DNA of 64,000 nt from an uncultured delta proteobacterium (lineage in GTDB: Bacteria > Myxococcota_A > Polyangia > Haliangiales > Haliangiaceae), in assembly GCA_963848295.1 (NCBI GenBank), contig CAWKDB010000002.1:1344001-1408000 (forward strand), written 5' to 3'. Of the stretch, positions 53,072-64,000 are shown piece by piece. Numbering within the stretch: the stretch's first letter is position 1; the number at the start of each line of letters is the position of its first letter. The notes beneath the pieces were generated by a model. It had not been told where the DNA came from, searched no databases, and saw nothing but the letters and a program-made list of their open reading frames with translations. The translations under genes and the position numbers were made by a program.

Positions 53072-54195
53072 CTAGTTCGTCACCAGCGTGCAGGTTTCCT
53101 TCGCGATGTCGCCCTTCCAGGTCTCGACATCCTTCGCGGTCTTGACCGAGCGCGCCGCTTCCTTGGCTTCGCGCGAGGCCTTCTGGCGATCGACGAGGTC
53201 GTGGTGCGTCGTGAAGAACGGCAGGCTCTTGCCGATGAAGTCGCGCAGGTTCGCGAACTTGTGGTCGGTCATGAACTTCGCGAGCTCCTCTTTGAGCTCG
53301 CTGATGATCTCGTAGCCGCGCAGCATCGCGCCGGTGCAGACCTGCACGGTCGACGCGCCGAGCAGGAAGAACTGCGCCGCGTCGAAGCCGGTCTCGATGC
53401 CGCCGATGCCGCTGATCGCGACGCCCGGGTTCGCGCGCGCGACCTCCATCACCTGGCGCAGCGCGATCGGGCGCACCGCCTGGCCGGAGTAGCCGCCCGG
53501 CACGCTGTGGCCCTCGACGGTCGGCATCGGCCGCAGCGTCTTGAGGTCGATGCCCGACACCGACAGGATCGTGTTGATCATCGCGATGCCGTCGGCGCCA
53601 CCGCGCAGCGCGGCCGCCGCGGGCACGGTCGGGTTGCCGACGTTCGGCGTCATCTTCGCCCACACCGGCAGCCTCGCGACCTGCCTTCACCCAGCCGCAG
53701 ACCTCTTCGACGATGTCGGGGTTCTCGCCCATCGCCATGCCCATCTTGCGCTCGGGCAAGCCGTGCGGGCAGCACAGGTTGAGCTCGAAGCCGTCGACGC
53801 CGGTCTCCTGGACCTCGCGCACGATCTGCTGCCACGCGTCCTTGCTTGTACTCCTCCATGATCGACGCGATCAGGATCTTGTTCGGATAGTTCTTCTTGA
53901 GCTGCTTGAGATCGTCGAGCCAGTCCGCGTACGGGCGATCGCTGATCAGCTCGATGTTCTGGAAGCCGATGACCTCTTCGCTCGTCCGGCCGCGCAGCTT
54001 CGCGTAGCGCGGCGCGGTGTTGATGACCTTGCTGGCGTCGAGCGAGAACGTCTTGCACACCATGCCGCCCCAGCCCAGGTCGTAGCTGCGGGCGATGACC
54101 TTGCCGTTCGTGCCCGGCGGGCCGGAGCCCAGCACGAACGGGTTCTCGAACTTCATGCCGTTGACGGTGATCGATAGGTCGGTGCTGGCGCTCAC
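53072..54195 (-). CDS. preA: Dihydropyrimidine dehydrogenase FMN subunit, plant PYD1-like, two frameshifts
   Basis: NPFVLGSGPPGTN, NIELISDR, LNLCCPHG, KMTPN, GGYSG.AVRPIAL, ISGIGGI, VQVCTG. GGAGG RBS. Indels near 53846 and 53684. No C-terminal CxxCxxC motif. Confidence 0.88.
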
Positions 54196-54312
54196 GTCGC
54201 CCTCCAAAACAGGGGTTGCAGAACGAAGTTCGGATAACACGGGCTCACAGGGTCATCAAGTGCGGAGCTTCGTCGGTAACCACCGTCGCCCGAACCCGTG
54301 CGATGATGCCGT

Positions 54313-56472
54313 GTGCGCCCGGGATGGCTCGTCGTGCTTTGCGCGCTGTGCAGCTGCCAACAGCTGTTCGACGTCGTCGGGGCGCCGGACAACGACGCCG
54401 GGGGCGACGCCGGCCCGCTGCCTCGCGGGTGGCTACAGGTGACCGCCGGCCGCAACCTCACGTGTGCGATCGCGCTCGATCAGAGCCTGTGGTGCTGGGG
54501 TGAGAGCTCCGAGGGCGAGACCGGGACGACGACGAATATCGCGGTCGACCAGCCGACCCGCGTGGGGTCGGCGAGCTGGCTCTCCGTCGATACCGACTAC
54601 GCATCCGTCTGCGGCATCCAGGCGGACAACTCGTTGTGGTGTTGGGGCTACGGGGCCTACGCGAACCTCGGCCTCGGTAATAACTCGAACGAAACGACTC
54701 CGACCGAGGTCGCCGGTAGCTGGCAACAGGTCTCGGTCGGCCTGCAACACACCTGCGGGATCAAGATCGATCACACGTTGTGGTGCTGGGGCTACAACGG
54801 CGATTACGAGCTCGGCGATGGCACGATGAACACGGCGGCGCTGCCCGAGCAGGTCGGGACCGCGACGTGGACGGCAGTCGGCGCCGGCCTGTACCACACC
54901 TGCGCGATCGCCGCGGCAGACAACGCGATGTGGTGCTGGGGCAGCGGCAGCCTCGGCGTCATGGATCTTTCGCAGGTAGCGACTCCGATGCTAGTCACGA
55001 CCGGCGACAAGTTCTCGTCGGTGTCTGCCGGCTACGAGATCACGTGCGCGATCACGACGAACCAGCAACTGCGCTGCTGGGGCAATGGCTTCAACGGCGG
55101 CGGGCCGATGCCGGTGACGATCGACGGCGCCGATCCGGCGGACTGGACCTCGGTGTCAAGCCGGAGGACTCACGTCTGTGCGACGCGCGGCGATGGATCG
55201 TTGTGGTGCTTCGGTGATGACTCGACGTCCGAGCTCGGCTTCGACCTCACCGGCGGTCAAGCGACGGTGACGGACGCGACCCAGGTCACCGGCGGCGGCG
55301 AGAGATCATGGACCTCGGTCGCGACCGGCACCCAGCATACGTGCGCGATCGATTCGCAGCACGGGTTGTGGTGCATGGGCAGCGACGGGTTTGGCGAGCT
55401 CGGTGACGGCGGGACGAGCCATCGCACGCCCACCGCGGTCCCGGGATCGTGGACGAACGCGAGCGCCGGCACCGAGGGCACCTGCGCGGTCGATACGTCC
55501 AGCAACCTCGCCTGCACGGGCTTAGGCACGAACGGTCAGATCGGCGACGGCAACTTGATCAACCGCAAGTCGATGGTCTCGCTCGGGCCGGGCTGGCTCA
55601 CCGCGAGCACCGGCCGCGAGGATCGGTGCGGCGTGGCGCTCGACGGCACGCTGCGATGCTGGGGCCAGAACTCGTATGGCGAGCTCGCCAAAGGTGCAGG
55701 CGAGCTCGACGTGCCCACCGCGATCGCCGTCCCGGATTCGCTCGATGGCGGGACGACCATGATCGCATCGGGCAACCAGACCTGCGCGATCGAGAGCGAT
55801 CAAGCAGTGTACTGCTGGGGCCGGAACGTCTCGGGCGAGATCGGCATCGATGACTCGGTCGATACCTCGATCATCACGCCGACCGAGGTGTTCAGCGGCG
55901 CGACCGCGGTGGCGACCGGCGCCGGCTTCACCTGCGTCATCGCCCAAGGCACCACCTTCTGCTTCGGCTATGGCGTCGATGGCGAGCTAGGCGACACGCA
56001 GAACGCCTCGTCGCCGATCCCGATGCCGGTCGATGGGGCGTTGGTCGGCATCACTGCCGGTGCCGAGCATGCGTGCGCGTGGGACCCGGCGGGCACGGCG
56101 TACTGTTGGGGGGAGAACGTCGAGGGCGACCTCGGGCTCGGCAACGCCACGGAGTTCAACTCGCCGCAGCCGCTACCGAAGTCGTGGACGCAACTCTCGG
56201 CTGGCGACGTGTTCACGTGTGGCATCGCGAGCGACCACACGCTGTGGTGCTGGGGCGCCAACGACACCGGTCAGCTCGGGGACGGGACGACGCTCGATCG
56301 CAACTCGCCGGGGCAGGTCGGCACGGCGAGCAACTGGCAGTCGGTCACCGCGGGCAACCAGCACGCATGCGCGATCGACGACACCGACACGATGTATTGC
56401 TGGGGCCTCAACGACAGTGGCCAGCTCGGCGACGGCACGGCCTGGACCGCGACGCTGACCCAGGTCCACTAA
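54313..56472 (+). CDS. RCC1-repeat (BLIP-II-like) lipoprotein
   Basis: Lipobox LCSC; about 14 repeats of G..HTC.I..D..LWCWG.N..G.LG. Confidence 0.9.
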   Translation: MRPGWLVVLCALCSCQQLFDVVGAPDNDAGGDAGPLPRGWLQVTAGRNLTCAIALDQSLWCWGESSEGETGTTTNIAVDQPTRVGSASWLSVDTDYASVCGIQADNSLWCWGYGAYANLGLGNNSNETTPTEVAGSWQQVSVGLQHTCGIKIDHTLWCWGYNGDYELGDGTMNTAALPEQVGTATWTAVGAGLYHTCAIAAADNAMWCWGSGSLGVMDLSQVATPMLVTTGDKFSSVSAGYEITCAITTNQQLRCWGNGFNGGGPMPVTIDGADPADWTSVSSRRTHVCATRGDGSLWCFGDDSTSELGFDLTGGQATVTDATQVTGGGERSWTSVATGTQHTCAIDSQHGLWCMGSDGFGELGDGGTSHRTPTAVPGSWTNASAGTEGTCAVDTSSNLACTGLGTNGQIGDGNLINRKSMVSLGPGWLTASTGREDRCGVALDGTLRCWGQNSYGELAKGAGELDVPTAIAVPDSLDGGTTMIASGNQTCAIESDQAVYCWGRNVSGEIGIDDSVDTSIITPTEVFSGATAVATGAGFTCVIAQGTTFCFGYGVDGELGDTQNASSPIPMPVDGALVGITAGAEHACAWDPAGTAYCWGENVEGDLGLGNATEFNSPQPLPKSWTQLSAGDVFTCGIASDHTLWCWGANDTGQLGDGTTLDRNSPGQVGTASNWQSVTAGNQHACAIDDTDTMYCWGLNDSGQLGDGTAWTATLTQVH

Positions 56473-56514
56473 AACCGCGCCGCCCGCGCCGCCGCCGTGG
56501 TAGGCCATGCCCCC

Positions 56515-58014
<1,500 letters not shown>

Positions 58015-58020
58015 CGCGAC

Positions 58021-58602
58021 TCAGCGCCGCGCGAAATGCGGCATCGGTCCGACGAGCTTGCACGCGAGCGTCGGCGCCTTGCGTAGCGCGAGCGCGAACC
58101 CGGCGCCGTGGCCGTCGAGGCAGCTGTCGCTATCGTCGTCGTCATCGAAGCCAAAGCCGATGCCGCTCGCCGCCGCGTTGCTGCAGTGACCGCTCGAGCA
58201 CCGGCCGCCCTTGCAGTCGGAGTCCGAGCCGCAGTGACCGCACTTGCTATTCGAGCACGTGCCGATCTTGCAGTCGGAGTCCGACCCGCAGTGACCGCAC
58301 TTGCCGTCCGAGCAGTTGCCGTTGCCGTGGCAATCCGAATCGGAGCCGCAGTGGCCGCACTTGCCGCTCGAGCAACTGCCGACCTTGCAGTCGCTGTCGC
58401 TGCCGCAGTGGCCGCACGTGCCGCTCGAACAGTTGCCGTTGTGGTTGCAGTCTGAGTCCGAGCCGCAGTGGCCGCACTCGCCGTTGCTGCACTTGCCGTA
58501 GCCCGCGCAGTCCGAATCGGATCCGCAGCTCCCTGCCCGAGCGCCGCGCGCCGCGAAGCCGCACACCAACAACGTGATCACGAACACTACTTGACGAGCC
58601 AT
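58021..58602 (-). CDS. Secreted Cys-rich tandem-repeat protein
   Basis: GGAGG RBS, signal peptide ARA, six CGSDSDC-x4/5-C-x4-C units. Confidence 0.8.
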   Translation of the reverse strand: MARQVVFVITLLVCGFAARGARAGSCGSDSDCAGYGKCSNGECGHCGSDSDCNHNGNCSSGTCGHCGSDSDCKVGSCSSGKCGHCGSDSDCHGNGNCSDGKCGHCGSDSDCKIGTCSNSKCGHCGSDSDCKGGRCSSGHCSNAAASGIGFGFDDDDDSDSCLDGHGAGFALALRKAPTLACKLVGPMPHFARR

Positions 58603-58726
58603 GGCACCCTCCTCGAGCGGCCCCATGCCGCGCGCGGACGATACGACACCTCGGTCCGAGTAGGACAGCCGCGAAACGATCTGTCCGCACCCCGCGCGCG
58701 ATCCTCGGCTTTGATATGATTCGGCG

Positions 58727-60067
58727 ATGGTGAGGTTACTAGCGCGAGCTTTGACTATTGCAGCGGTCGTAGGGGGGTGCGGATCGGTCAACCCCGCAAC
58801 CATCGATGCGGGTCCCGACGCCAAGGGCGGAGCCGACGCGCTGCCGCAAGGCATGGCCGTCGTCGTGACGAAGACCGAGGTCAGCGGGGTCACCGGCGCC
58901 GCACAGGCGAACGTCCCGGTGATCTCGATCGGCGCCGACGGCACGACCGTGCTCGGCTCGGTCACGACCGATGCGAACGGTCACGCGTCGGTCATGGTCG
59001 AGGCCGGTGGCTCGGTGACCGCGGTGTACGCGCACGTCGCGCCCGATCAGGCCAACGACTTTCAGACGTTCGTCGGCGTGAAGCCCGACGACACCCTGAA
59101 CTTCGGCGGCAACGCCATCGTCCCGGCTTCGGCGGCGATGACCGGATACACGGTGAGCTGGAGCGCGTTCGCCGGGGCGACGTCCTACGTTATCTATTTT
59201 CCGTGCGGCGGCGTCGGGGTCGGGACCGCCCTGACCTTCTCGACGACCGGCTACGAGAACGCGTACTGTCACCAAGATCAGATGGACTTCCTGGTCCTGG
59301 CGTACGGCGGGTCGGGCACGGTCATCGGCAGCCTGTTCGCGCAGCGCACCTACGCGGCCGGCGGGACCTATCCGCTCGGGTCGCTGGGCACGGTCAACAC
59401 CAACATGACCTTGAGCTTCTCCGGGCTCGACCCGAGCTACACGCAGGTCGACTACGGCGTCTATGTCATCCAGCAGGGGCGCTACGTGTACAGCAACGGC
59501 TCGGGCGGTCAGCCGACCGGCGGCGCGTACACCGGAATGATCAACCAGTGGCCACGCGGACAAGGCGACCGCACGCTCGCCTACCTCGATCTCTACGGCG
59601 CTGGTCAATTCTCCGGCATCACGCTCTATGATCAATTCTCGAGCGAGAACACGTCGTGGACGGTCGCAAACCCACCCGCGATCCCGCAGATCGCGACCGA
59701 CGCCGAGTTCGTGAGCCCCGCCGCCGGGATCGGGAACTGGTTCACGACCGGAACGGGCACGATGACCGGCCAGGTGGTCGAGGCGTACTGGACGCACACC
59801 TTCGGCGCAAACCAGTACACCAGCTCGTGGAGTCTGGTCGTCCCGCCGGACGCGCTCGCGCTCGTGTTCCCGCAGCTACCGTCACCGTACAAGGAGCTGA
59901 CGTTCCAGCCCCAGGATCAGGACAATGGCTTCGACCTCGAGGGGTTCCTGATCCCGAGCGTCGCCAACTACGACGCGCTGCGCGCGATGTCGTTCTCCGA
60001 GGCCGCGCAGCCGACAACCGCGCTGCTGAACGGCGACTTCGATCGCGTCCTCATCTGGGGTTACTAG
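58727..60067 (+). CDS. Hypothetical lipoprotein (paralog A)
   Basis: VVGG-C lipobox; beta-rich sequence. Confidence 0.8.
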   Translation: MVRLLARALTIAAVVGGCGSVNPATIDAGPDAKGGADALPQGMAVVVTKTEVSGVTGAAQANVPVISIGADGTTVLGSVTTDANGHASVMVEAGGSVTAVYAHVAPDQANDFQTFVGVKPDDTLNFGGNAIVPASAAMTGYTVSWSAFAGATSYVIYFPCGGVGVGTALTFSTTGYENAYCHQDQMDFLVLAYGGSGTVIGSLFAQRTYAAGGTYPLGSLGTVNTNMTLSFSGLDPSYTQVDYGVYVIQQGRYVYSNGSGGQPTGGAYTGMINQWPRGQGDRTLAYLDLYGAGQFSGITLYDQFSSENTSWTVANPPAIPQIATDAEFVSPAAGIGNWFTTGTGTMTGQVVEAYWTHTFGANQYTSSWSLVVPPDALALVFPQLPSPYKELTFQPQDQDNGFDLEGFLIPSVANYDALRAMSFSEAAQPTTALLNGDFDRVLIWGY

Positions 60068-60069
60068 CC

Positions 60070-61425
60070 ATGACGAACCTCTACAAGCTCATCCCCTTCG
60101 CGTTGACCGCTTGCGGCGCGGTCGCCAACCACGGTCTCCCCGACGCCAGCGGCCGCGACGGCGGCCCGGACGCGGTCGTCACCGGCACGGCGAACGTGGT
60201 CACGAACACCGCGGTGCCCGGGTTCGGCGCGGTCGGCGCGGCGCAGCCCATGGTCCCGGTCGTGTCGCTGACGCCGGACGGCATGCTGTTCGACAAGCAG
60301 ATCTCGGACGCGACCGGTCACGCCACGGTGAAGGTGTTCCCGGGCGGCTCGGTCACCGCGATCTACCAGCACATGCTGCCCGACATGGGCACCGACTTCT
60401 CGTCGTTCGTCGGCGTGAAGCCGGACGACACGCTCACGTTCGGCAACGTGTTCACTCCGCCGGCCGGCGCGGCGGTCGGCATGATGACGATGACGTGGAC
60501 CGCGTTCGCCGGCGCCTCGTTCTACGTGGTCATCACGCCATGCGTGACCTCTCCGAACACCGCCGGTCTGTCGTTTCAGTTCACCGAGACCAAGGACTGT
60601 CACAAGGATCCGATGGGCATCACGGTCGTCGCGTACAACAGCGGCGGCACGGTGCTCGGAGTCTTGACCGCGAGCGTGCCGTTCTCGCTCAACGCGACGC
60701 ACCCGCTCGGCGTGCTGCCGCCCGCGAGCGCGACGTTCGCGTATTCGGTCGGCAGCATCAACCCCGCGTTCAACGAGCTGTACACCGAGAGCGACGTGAT
60801 CGTGAACGGGAATACGAGCTTCTCCGCCGGCAACGACGTCAACCTCGCCGCCGGCTCCGGGACCTCGAACGTGACGCCGTGGCCGACGGGGCTGGTCGCC
60901 GACCGGGTCGTGGCGCTCACCGAGCCTGGCAACAACAACAACGCGTACGCCGCACAGGAAGTCCTCGACGGGGTCGCGGTCGCCACCGTGACGGAGACGT
61001 TGAGCCCACCACCGGTGTTGCCGCTCTTCCCCACCAGCGCGGCGCTGGTGAGCCCCGAGTCGCTGATGGCAGCGTGGGCGTTGGCCGGCCCGGAGCCGAG
61101 CAGCGCCACGCTCGTCGCCGCGCACTGGGAGACCGAGATCAGCGGGACCTACTACAACAGCTCTTGGTACGTGATCACGCCGCCCGAGATGACCTCGCTC
61201 GGGCTGCCGCAGCTGCCCGCGCCATACGACGCGCTCGAGCCGACCTTGATGTCGCAACCCGAGAACGGAACGATCACGAACTTCCTGATCCCGAGCATCA
61301 CCGGCTACGACGCGATCCGCAAAGAATCCGAGGCCAACCTCGTGAACCTGTTCGACGCGGTCGCGAGCGGCACCTACGCGCGCGTCGTGCTCGACGCGAT
61401 CTTCACCGGCCGCCGCGGCGGCTGA
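60070..61425 (+). CDS. Hypothetical lipoprotein (paralog B)
   Basis: ALTA-C lipobox; shares GGSVTA.Y.H..PD...DF..FVGVKPDDTL.FG with paralog A. Confidence 0.8.
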   Translation: MTNLYKLIPFALTACGAVANHGLPDASGRDGGPDAVVTGTANVVTNTAVPGFGAVGAAQPMVPVVSLTPDGMLFDKQISDATGHATVKVFPGGSVTAIYQHMLPDMGTDFSSFVGVKPDDTLTFGNVFTPPAGAAVGMMTMTWTAFAGASFYVVITPCVTSPNTAGLSFQFTETKDCHKDPMGITVVAYNSGGTVLGVLTASVPFSLNATHPLGVLPPASATFAYSVGSINPAFNELYTESDVIVNGNTSFSAGNDVNLAAGSGTSNVTPWPTGLVADRVVALTEPGNNNNAYAAQEVLDGVAVATVTETLSPPPVLPLFPTSAALVSPESLMAAWALAGPEPSSATLVAAHWETEISGTYYNSSWYVITPPEMTSLGLPQLPAPYDALEPTLMSQPENGTITNFLIPSITGYDAIRKESEANLVNLFDAVASGTYARVVLDAIFTGRRGG

Positions 61426-61470
61426 CGGCGCACGCCCGACGCCGACGCTGCCGTCCCGCGGGGCCGGCTG

Positions 61471-62016
61471 TTACCGACGCCGACTCTGGCGCGGTGGCTG
61501 ACCGGTCCACTTCTTGATCTTCTTCTCGAGCCCGCGCGGTGAGACACCGAGACGCTGGGCCGCGCGCGCGACGGTCGGTTCCTGCTCGAGCGCGTCGTCG
61601 AACAGCTCGCGCTCCATCTCGTCGAGCGTCTTGGGGATCACGGGCAGCGGCGCGTGGCGCGCGATCTCGCGAAGCTCCTCGACAGGAGCGTCTTTGCCGA
61701 GGCACTTGAACGCGCCGGCCTGCCACGCCGCGAGCTGCAGCTCGGCGGTCACGAAGGCACTGAAGATCACCGGCAGCGTCGCCGGCGAGACTCTGCGCAG
61801 ACCGCGCACCACGTCGAGCCCCGTCGGGCCGGCGCCGAGCATTTGATCGACGACCGCGAGTCGCGGCTTGAGTTGCTTCGCCAGCGCGAGCGCCTCGTCG
61901 CGACCGCCCGCGGTGTGCGTGTCACACCCGAGGTGACGCAGTCGCCTCGCGATCGTCGCGGCCATCACCGCGTCATCGTCCACGACCAGCACCACGATTG
62001 CTTGTTCACCGGTCAT
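61471..62016 (-). CDS. Response regulator, RegA/PrrA-like (receiver plus Fis-type HTH)
   Basis: VLVVDDD, LAVVDQML, TLDEMERE...ARAAQRLGVS; GGAGG RBS. Confidence 0.85.
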   Translation of the reverse strand: MTGEQAIVVLVVDDDAVMAATIARRLRHLGCDTHTAGGRDEALALAKQLKPRLAVVDQMLGAGPTGLDVVRGLRRVSPATLPVIFSAFVTAELQLAAWQAGAFKCLGKDAPVEELREIARHAPLPVIPKTLDEMERELFDDALEQEPTVARAAQRLGVSPRGLEKKIKKWTGQPPRQSRRR

Positions 62017-62142
62017 GACGCCCTCCCGCGATCACGCTAGCGAGGCTCGCGGCAATCGGTCAACTACGAACTTTGTTCGCATCAATTGCTCTTGATCACC
62101 GCGATCGAAATTGCGTAGGGTTTTTCTCGAGAGGCGTTACTC

Positions 62143-63426
62143 CTGATGGATCCCCTCGCTTTGGCGGCGTAGGTGATCGAAAGCGCTCCGGATTTTTCCC
62201 AGCTGAGGCGGAATTTCGGAGCTCGCGCGTCGGTTCGAGCGGCATGATGAGCCGTCGATCGATGACAGAGTTTGTTCGAGACCCGCTGGAAGTCGCGAAG
62301 ACGGTGCACCAAATCTTCGGTGATGATCTGCATGCGATGCGCGTGCTGTCGTTGGCGAACGGTGTCGTGGGCACCGTCGACGCAGCGGTGCTGTCGATCC
62401 ACGCGATCGGTCGTGGATACGCGCGCGTCACCAACAACGACAAGAAGCACGGGGTGAAGCAGACCGATCGTTTGCTCGGAAACCCGGGCATCGACGTGTG
62501 GACGTTGTTCCGACCGTGGGCCCAGTTTGTCGTCGCAGAGCGCAAGGAGATCGTCGTCGCGCTCGACTGGACAGAGTTCGATGGCGACGACCACGCGACG
62601 CTGGCGGGCTACCTGATCACCAGCCATGGGCGGGCGACCCCGTTGATCTGGATGACGGTGAGCAAGACCACGCTCAAGAACAAGCGGAATGACCACGAGT
62701 ATCGGTTGCTCGAACGGCTGCACGACTGCGTCGCGCCCGACGTGAAGATCACAGTGCTGGCGGATCGCGGCTTCGGCGATCAGAAGCTGTATCGGTTCCT
62801 GCAGACGCTCGGCTGGGATTTCGTTATCCGCTTTCGAGGAGCGATTCAGGTCGAGGACGCAACGGGAACTCGGAAGACGGCGAACGCGTGGGTGCCAGAC
62901 AACGGTCGCGCCCTGATCCTGCGCGGGGCTCGAGTCACGCGCACGCGCGCCGAAGTGCCGGCGGTTGTCGTCATGCACGCCAAGAGGATGAAGGAGGCGT
63001 GGTGCCTAGCGACGACGCTGAGCGAGCTCAAGGCCGCAGAGATCGTGAAGCTGTACGGCCGACGGTTCACGATCGAAGAAACGTTTCGCGACCAGAAGAA
63101 CTTTCGCTTCGGCATGGGGCTATCGGCGACGCACATCGGCACCACGGATCGCCGGGACCGCTTGCTGCTTCTGGCGGCAGTCGCACAGGCGTTGCTGACG
63201 TTGCTCGGCGCCGCCGGCGAGGCGTGCGGACTCGATCGGCTGATGAAAACCAACACCTCGAAGAAGCGCACCATGTCGCTCCTCAACCAAGGCATTCACC
63301 TCTACGAGGCCATTCCGTACATGGGAGACGAGAAGCTCGCGCCGCTCATGAAATCGTTCGACCACATCGTTCGGCAGCAGGAAATTTTCCGCGCTGTGTT
63401 CGGGCTGATCTGAGGGGATATCTCAG
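62143..63426 (+). mobile_element. Complete IS4-family insertion sequence (1284 bp)
   Basis: Terminal IRs CTGATGGATCCCCTC and (reverse complement) CTGAGATATCCCCTC, 12/15 identical. 9-bp target duplication GCGTTACTC at 62134-62142 and 63427-63435. Confidence 0.92.
62244..63413 (+). CDS. IS4-family DDE transposase
   Basis: ALDWT, LADRGF, Y..R..IEE.FRD.K (YREK signature). Confidence 0.92.
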   Translation: MMSRRSMTEFVRDPLEVAKTVHQIFGDDLHAMRVLSLANGVVGTVDAAVLSIHAIGRGYARVTNNDKKHGVKQTDRLLGNPGIDVWTLFRPWAQFVVAERKEIVVALDWTEFDGDDHATLAGYLITSHGRATPLIWMTVSKTTLKNKRNDHEYRLLERLHDCVAPDVKITVLADRGFGDQKLYRFLQTLGWDFVIRFRGAIQVEDATGTRKTANAWVPDNGRALILRGARVTRTRAEVPAVVVMHAKRMKEAWCLATTLSELKAAEIVKLYGRRFTIEETFRDQKNFRFGMGLSATHIGTTDRRDRLLLLAAVAQALLTLLGAAGEACGLDRLMKTNTSKKRTMSLLNQGIHLYEAIPYMGDEKLAPLMKSFDHIVRQQEIFRAVFGLI

Positions 63427-63532
63427 GCGTTACTCACCTCGAGGGTCGAGGCTGAAGTCTGGATATGCGTCCACGAGCGCGGGCTCGTTGACGGCGGGCC
63501 GTGCATTCCACAATTTCGACGGGGAGCGTCCA

Positions 63533-63927
63533 ATGGGGCGAGTTGCTGCATTTCGCGTGTGCTTGTTCGGGCTGTTGGTGGCGACCGGGACGTCGCGTAG
63601 CGATAGCTCGCCTCCTTCGCTGCCGCCGAGCGCCGAGTCCGAGCCGATCACGGGAACCGCCGTCGATCCGGCGCCCGGCTCGGAGAGCGTTCGCCACGAT
63701 CCGTTCACGCCGTACGATGTCGGCGATCCGGCGGGGACCTGGTCCTACGACCAGCTCACCACGGAAGAGAGGGCGATCGTCGACAAGGGCCGCGATACGA
63801 GCGCGATGGTGCCGGTGCACGCTGCGTTCGCCGCGGCGGTCGCCGAGCGCGCGCAAACCGCCGCCGCGACCTCGGCCGAGCATCAGCTCGGCATCGACAA
63901 CCTCGAGACCCTCGGGGTGTGCCGTGA
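63533..63927 (+). CDS. Hypothetical secreted protein (3' end probably affected by a 1-nt deletion near 63918)
   Basis: MGRVAAFRVCLFGLLVATG...WSYDQLT.EE...EHQLGIDNL. The frame runs off the window unless corrected to stop at the GTGA overlap. Confidence 0.55.
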
Positions 63928-64000
63928 AGGCGCTCGTGCTCGCCGGACTCGCCGTCGCGAGCGCCTGCAACTCGGAGAGCGTGCAACGGGATTCGATCGC
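63924..64000 (+). CDS. N-terminus of a lipoprotein (partial)
   Basis: GTG-KALVLAGLAVASA-C lipobox. Confidence 0.55.
   Translation, partial: MKALVLAGLAVASACNSESVQRDSI

Noticed and set aside
52230..53822. Apparent DPD-nitrilase fusion containing AYAYAYAYA
   Set aside because: Produced by the indel near 53684. After correction the DPD stops at 53072, the nitrilase has its own RBS and ATG, and the AY run is the intergenic microsatellite.
51355..53850. Programmed ribosomal frameshifting in the pyrimidine genes
   Set aside because: No slippery heptamers or consistent shift direction at the six sites; sequencing error is the simpler explanation.
58200..58530. About 57-60 bp periodic DNA repeats resembling an array
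   Set aside because: They are the coding repeats of the Cys-rich protein, with variation concentrated at synonymous positions.

Overview
High-GC, gene-dense bacterial chromosomal window. Gene content points by inference to Myxococcota (Kofleriaceae/Haliangium-like): FHA and sigma54 activators, a membrane Ser/Thr kinase with PEGA domains, many Cys/Gly-rich lipoproteins, and OmpA with TSP3-like repeats. About 60 genes can be called. Recognisable modules are: (1) a tandem pair of DUF2271-like/FN3/CFI-box-CTERM surface proteins; (2) an exonuclease plus MPG repair pair; (3) a divergent GlxA and DJ-1 pair; (4) a MoxR-DUF58-vWA (Bat-like) operon; (5) a RAYT-like Y1/HUH transposase with a structured upstream region; (6) an acyl-CoA ligase, citryl-CoA lyase-like, GST, VOC operon; (7) a complete reductive pyrimidine degradation cluster built on a plant PYD1-like dihydropyrimidine dehydrogenase, with no Fe-S tail and no preT in the window; (8) an intact IS4-family element with a 9-bp target duplication. 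Non-coding signals read directly from the DNA include a 29-bp/36-bp/29-bp CRISPR-like mini-array with no cas genes, a pervasive TAnnnT-N6/7-start (leaderless) pattern, a palindromic 39-nt in-frame insertion in a gene, sigma54 promoters, operators and a hexamer microsatellite. At least 11 small indels break otherwise intact genes and most likely reflect long-read assembly error. No rRNA, tRNA or cas genes were seen. All family calls are by eye from motifs; no database search was run.
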